Origin: Corallochytrium limacisporum Hawaii
Lineage: Eukaryota; Protista; Pluriformea
Direction: 5' to 3'
Length of the DNA: 64,000 bases
Assembly (NCBI GenBank): GCA_002811645.1
Contig: PDIP01000079.1
Span: 94,447 to 158,446, forward strand
Shown: in pieces, positions 59,283 through 64,000 of the stretch
Numbering within the stretch: the first letter of the stretch is position 1
How the letters are laid out: each line of letters opens with the position of its first letter
Program-made: the position numbers and the translations under genes
The notes under the pieces: model-generated
The model's input: only the letters and a program-made list of their open reading frames with translations
What the model was told of the DNA's origin: nothing
The model's database searches: none

Positions 59283-62200
59283 ATGGTCGCTGAAACAAAC
59301 CAAACATATCTGCACGAGCAGGTACCGGCCCAGGTGGTCGTTGTCGGCTTGGGCATGTCTGCTCTGAAGTGTTTGGATCGTCTCACGGAAAACAAAGCTG
59401 TCGCTCGTCTGGCAGAGATTACAGTCATAGGTGAGGAGATCCACCCTTGCTACAACCGTGTTGGCCTTACAAATTACTTTACCCATTTCTCAAATGAAAA
59501 GATGTATATGGTACAGGAGAGTTGGTACCAAGAGCGAAATATTACTCTTCAGCTGAACAGCTGGGTTCGATCCATTAACCGAGAAAACCGAACCGTCGAG
59601 TACTTGGACGCTGCCGGCAACACTGTCCACAAATCCTACGACTACCTTCTTTTGGCTACAGGATCGATATCCTTTATTCCTCCTGTGAAAACCGACTGTG
59701 GTATTGATAAAGATCATCTCCTTGATATAGAAGGTGTTTTTGCATACCGTGGTCTCGATGATGTAGCCAAGATGGTGGACTACGCCGTTAAGTCAACCAC
59801 TAAATCAGCTATCGTGATTGGTGGGGGCCTTTTAGGGCTTGAGGCAGCGAAGGCCCTGAAAGACATGAATCTTCGTACAACCGTCATCGAGCGTAATCCG
59901 CACATTCTGGCTAGACAAGTAGATGAAGCTGCTGGTCGGCTAATTGCTGAACAAGTGGGATCTCTTGGAGTCCACGTTCAGTGCCGCACCGGCATCCGCC
60001 AAATGCTTACAGAAAAAGGAGAAGCGGAAGACTCGCCTAAGATGAGCGGCGTGCAGCTTGGAGATGGACTGATTTTAGACGCTCAGATGATGGTATTTGC
60101 TGCTGGTATTTTGCCACGAGATGACCTGGCAAGCTGTGGACTTGAAAAAGAGCACAATCGCCGCGGTTTCAAAGTCAATGACCATATGCTAACCAGTGAT
60201 GATCGTATTTATGCTATTGGTGAGTGTGCCACCCACCGTGGTGTAAACTACGGACTTATTGCCCCGTGCTATCGCATGGCCGAAACTGCTATGCAGCATC
60301 TTTGCACCCGGTTATTAGAAGGCCTCCAAGTGGCCTCTCGTGATGTCACCCCTTATGCAGGCAGTGACATGAGCACCAAGCTGAAACTGCTCGGCGTTCA
60401 TGTTGCGTCTGTTGCAGATTACTTTGCTGACCAGCGGAATGAGGGCATCGCAATGACCTTTGTTGACCCCTTCTCAAGAACTTACAAAAAGCTCATCTTT
60501 GATCTCGATGGCCATCGTCTGCTTGGTGCTATTTTGGTCGGCGACACGAACGACTATGGCAAGTTGCTGCAACTAGCAACTAAGAGCACCAAAGAATGGG
60601 AATCTCCTAACGAACTCATTCTCGGTGTCTCCAAAGAAGAGGGCGGCGATGCACTTGCTGATGACACACAAGTGTGCTCGTGCAATAATGTGACAAAGAA
60701 GAATATCTGCGATGCCATCCGCAACAACAAGTTGACAGCCATTGGTGAAGTTAAGAGCTGCACAAAAGCAGGAACAAGTTGTGGAGGATGTATGCCGCTG
60801 GTTAATGATATCTTTTCCAAAGAACTTGCAAAAGCTGGTGGCAAGATCAGCAAAGCTGTGTGCACCCACTTTAAGGAATCTCGGGCTGAGCTTTTCAGCA
60901 TCATCCAGGTCATGAACTACCAGAGCTTGGAAGAGGTCATGAAGTCCCGCGGTACCAATCCCGACGCCGAGGGCTGTGAGGAGTGCAAACCTATGCTGGC
61001 ATCCATATTTGCATCCTTACACAATAAGCATATTCTGAAAAGCAAGCGTGCTGCACTTCAGGATACTAATGATCGCTTTCTTGCCAACATACAGAGAGAT
61101 GCGACATACAGCGTTGTCCCCCGTATTCCTGGTGGCGAGATCACACCTCAACAGCTGACTGTTCTTGGTGAAGTAGCTAAGAAATATGGCTTGTACACGA
61201 AGATCACCGGTGGCCAAAGAGTAGACCTCTTTGGTGCCCCTGTACACAAGTTGCCTGACATTTGGGCTGATCTTGTAAAGGAAGGATTCGAAAGTGGTCA
61301 CGCTTACGGAAAGAGTCTCCGCACAGTAAAAAGCTGTGTAGGCAGTACATGGTGCCGATATGGTTTACGTGACAGTGTTGGCATGGCCGTAAATGTTGAA
61401 GAGCGTTACAAAGGTTTGCGTGCACCTCACAAGCTCAAAGGTGCGGTAAGTGGTTGTGTTCGTGAGTGTGCAGAGGCCCAATCCAAAGACTTTGGAATGA
61501 TTGCTACCGAGAAAGGTTACAATGTATATGTATGCGGCAATGGTGGTAGTAAACCTCGCCATGCTGATCTTTTGGTGGCTGATGTATCTGAAGAAGATGC
61601 CATCAAATACTTGGACCGTTTTTTGATGTTCTACGTCCGTACTGCCGATCGCCTACAGCGTACGGCTCGTTGGTTAGAGAGTTTGGATGGGGGTTTGGAC
61701 TACCTCAAGGCTGTTGTTGTTGACGATAGCCTTGGTATTGCTGAAGAGCTGGAACGGCAGATGGAGGCTCATGTTGGTTCTTACAAGTGTGAATGGAAGG
61801 AAGTTGTCGAAGATCCTGAACTAATCGCTGAATTCAAGCAATTCATAAATACTGACGAAACTGAGAAACCAACCATTGAACCTATTGACCAGCGCGGTCA
61901 AAAACGCCCAGCAGATTGGCCAAAAAACCACAAGGTCGGCCAGCTGGGAGTAAAGAAGGCAGACGGTGCAGCTAATCCGGAGGAGAACAGCATCAAAGCA
62001 ATTATGGAACAATGGCGAGTAGACAACGTTCTGAGCTGGAAGACAGTTGGACACATATTTGATGTACAGAATTCCCTTGGGCGCTCGTTTCGCTACGGGA
62101 AGAGCCAGTTGGCAGTCTTCTTCCATGCAAAGACCGAGACATTCTATGTCACGCAGAACATGTGCCCACACAAGCGCGCCTTTGTACTGTCCCGAGGAAT

Positions 62201-62516
62201 AATTGGTGATGTGGACGAACAAACACCCAAGGTAGCATGTCCCTTGCACAAGAAGACATTCAATTTGAAAACAGGGGATAGCATTAGTGACCCCGATGAT
62301 TACGAAATCTTTGCATTCAAGGCACGTGGAAACCGTGACGGCACAATCGAAGCCCTACTACCTCCCACCGATCTGCTGGATACTTTTTTGGCAACAGAAC
62401 GACATGTCATCCGCAAGAACGACGAGACTGGCATTTCGTACATTGCCTCTCCGCCACCTGGCAAGGCTTGTGGCACGGGTGGTGGTGGTTGTGGTGGGTC
62501 AGCCATGGAGTGGTGA
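59283..62516 (+). CDS. niiA: Assimilatory NAD(P)H nitrite reductase (NirB plus Rieske NirD fusion, fungal NiiA type)
   Basis: FAD/NAD(P) folds (VVVGLGM, YNRVGLT, VIGGGLLGLEAA), BFD-like CSCNNV...CGGC, siroheme/4Fe-4S cysteines KSCVGSTWC and GCVREC, Rieske NMCPHK...ACPLH. First ATG at 59283. Confidence 0.97.
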   Translation: MVAETNQTYLHEQVPAQVVVVGLGMSALKCLDRLTENKAVARLAEITVIGEEIHPCYNRVGLTNYFTHFSNEKMYMVQESWYQERNITLQLNSWVRSINRENRTVEYLDAAGNTVHKSYDYLLLATGSISFIPPVKTDCGIDKDHLLDIEGVFAYRGLDDVAKMVDYAVKSTTKSAIVIGGGLLGLEAAKALKDMNLRTTVIERNPHILARQVDEAAGRLIAEQVGSLGVHVQCRTGIRQMLTEKGEAEDSPKMSGVQLGDGLILDAQMMVFAAGILPRDDLASCGLEKEHNRRGFKVNDHMLTSDDRIYAIGECATHRGVNYGLIAPCYRMAETAMQHLCTRLLEGLQVASRDVTPYAGSDMSTKLKLLGVHVASVADYFADQRNEGIAMTFVDPFSRTYKKLIFDLDGHRLLGAILVGDTNDYGKLLQLATKSTKEWESPNELILGVSKEEGGDALADDTQVCSCNNVTKKNICDAIRNNKLTAIGEVKSCTKAGTSCGGCMPLVNDIFSKELAKAGGKISKAVCTHFKESRAELFSIIQVMNYQSLEEVMKSRGTNPDAEGCEECKPMLASIFASLHNKHILKSKRAALQDTNDRFLANIQRDATYSVVPRIPGGEITPQQLTVLGEVAKKYGLYTKITGGQRVDLFGAPVHKLPDIWADLVKEGFESGHAYGKSLRTVKSCVGSTWCRYGLRDSVGMAVNVEERYKGLRAPHKLKGAVSGCVRECAEAQSKDFGMIATEKGYNVYVCGNGGSKPRHADLLVADVSEEDAIKYLDRFLMFYVRTADRLQRTARWLESLDGGLDYLKAVVVDDSLGIAEELERQMEAHVGSYKCEWKEVVEDPELIAEFKQFINTDETEKPTIEPIDQRGQKRPADWPKNHKVGQLGVKKADGAANPEENSIKAIMEQWRVDNVLSWKTVGHIFDVQNSLGRSFRYGKSQLAVFFHAKTETFYVTQNMCPHKRAFVLSRGIIGDVDEQTPKVACPLHKKTFNLKTGDSISDPDDYEIFAFKARGNRDGTIEALLPPTDLLDTFLATERHVIRKNDETGISYIASPPPGKACGTGGGGCGGSAMEW

Positions 62517-63799
62517 CCTCCCCGTCCGCACATTTTGCTGCCATACAGCATATTAAATTCGTACTATAATATCTACGTCCTCATGATCATATTGCTGTAG
62601 AACATTATAACACTGGAGGCGAGAGTACGATGCCAAGGAAACCGAGACGATCCAGCAGTTGGTGATAGTAATGCGACGTTTTCCGCGTGTGTGAAAGAGT
62701 TTCCGGAAACATCGCTCTTCTGTAGGAACCAGGTATTTTCTAGTTGTTGCGCTATTCCGTGTCCATTCGTGGTGATGATGATGAATGATGATGAGGAACA
62801 GGGTAATTTCTTACAAGCTACAACTAGGAACATGACACATCTTCAATACGCAACCCGACAGGAAGTGGTTCCGCGCAAGTGCTCAGCATAGCTTACGATG
62901 ATTTTAACGTGTCCATCACTGCGCAGCTTTACAACGAAAATCCCCACAAAAGGATTTCCGCAACCTGCAGCTTTTGTTTTCGTTTATTTAGGTATTTCGA
63001 CAACAGATTCCATCGTACCAGTACTGCCTATAACGTGCGCAGGTGGTCGAGTTTTATCGCGTCCTATAAGCAGCCTGGGAAGCCAGAGGCAATGGACCTG
63101 AAACCAAAATTATGACGGCGTTTGAAGGTTAGGTGGGAAAGCAGCTTCTCATACTGTTTGTCACTGGGGTTTGCAAATTGTGGCAGAGGGCAGCTATTGC
63201 ATTTTGCCTTAGATATCAATAAATCGGACGCCTGACAAATCCCACTCTATGATGCCACTTATAGGGCAGATCCAGTGGACAGTCCAGCCCAAAAGAAAGT
63301 ATGTATTGCTCCTACCCTTCCGACGACCGTGTGCTCTTATGCAGAGAGTACCCTCCATTCCGTGCTCGATCGAGTCGTGCTTATGAAGAGTAGGATACTA
63401 CGCGAGCGACAAAGAGTTCCGCGAGCAACCACAGGCCCCTTCTGAACCGGAAGGGAGAGCGACCCTGTGCAGGAACGACGGAAGAAAGAGACAGAGAGAG
63501 AAAAGGACGGGGGAGCGTACGGATTCAAATTCACAGCACAACTCATCGTTCCAAGCACCAGCGCCTCAGCGAACACAGGAAGCATGCTCCGAACATTGCT
63601 CATCGTGAATGACCATTATCCTACTAGATTGATAACGCATACCCTTTTTGATCACACTCGCACCGTCGTGGGAGAAAAATCATGTCTCATAGTCCCTATT
63701 TAAGAAGACCAATGTTTTACATCAGATCATTGATCTCAATGTTCTTTATTTAATTCACAGATCAACAGTATTCTGTGTTTGAGTAGAATCACTTTTGTA

Positions 63800-64000
63800 A
63801 TGAAGACACAATCCACTCTTATCAAAGCATCCTGTTTGACTGTTGGCTTGGCTATGTCCTTGGCAGTCAGCGTCTCCAGCGCACCTGCCGACACGCCAAA
63901 ATATGAGTCGTATGAGATCATCAAAATGGTCTGCAGTGACAGTATCTTGGCGTTACACCAGTGTGATGGGTTAGGGTTAGGGTTAGGGTTAGGGTTAGGG
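63800..64000 (+). CDS. Signal-peptide ORF truncated by, or reading into, the telomere (no stop codon)
   Basis: Hand translation: MKTQSTLIKASCLTVGLAMSLAVSVSSAPADTPKYESYEIIKMVCSDSILALHQCDGLGLGLGLGLG. Absent from the ORF track, presumably because it has no stop. Confidence 0.55.
   Translation, partial: MKTQSTLIKASCLTVGLAMSLAVSVSSAPADTPKYESYEIIKMVCSDSILALHQCDGLGLGLGLGLG
63968..64000 (+). repeat. Telomere repeat GGG(TTAGGG)5
   Basis: Perfect TTAGGG units at the window end, with the G-rich strand running 5'->3' toward the end. Confidence 0.95.

Overview
Chromosome-end window of a compact, essentially intronless unicellular eukaryote. It ends in (TTAGGG)n telomere repeats and has two assembly gaps. 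The ubiquitin differs from the animal sequence only at E24D. An AIMP2 orthologue sits alongside fungal-type genes (fused NAD(P)H nitrite reductase, Mpr1/Spt10-like GNAT, YPR003C-like SulP). Together these point to a unicellular holozoan, and Corallochytrium-like is my inference, not a database result. About 20 uninterrupted CDSs are supported: Med4, polyubiquitin, CDF zinc transporter, endonuclease V, AIMP2, NME6, a mini Phactr/Bni4-type PP1 regulator, GNAT, Bud22/SRFBP1, SWEET, SAP-TM protein, START protein, SLC25 carrier, MARK/AMPK-related kinase, importin beta, Pirh2, SulP, nitrite reductase, and a few unknowns. The long spacers hold G/C homopolymer tracts, microsatellites and eroded coding relics. 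Most notable: (1) a signal-peptide ORF missed by the ORF track (ATG 63800) runs stop-free into the telomere as a (Gly-Leu)n tail, suggesting telomere addition inside a gene; (2) an animal-type tRNA-synthetase-complex scaffold, AIMP2, with both LysRS-binding motifs; (3) a subtelomeric nitrite reductase with a C-terminal CIA-targeting tripeptide and no nitrate-cluster partners; (4) strand-biased upstream G-tracts and CnGn palindromes; (5) a candidate Pol III-type panhandle RNA; (6) an ABHD17-like pseudogene.
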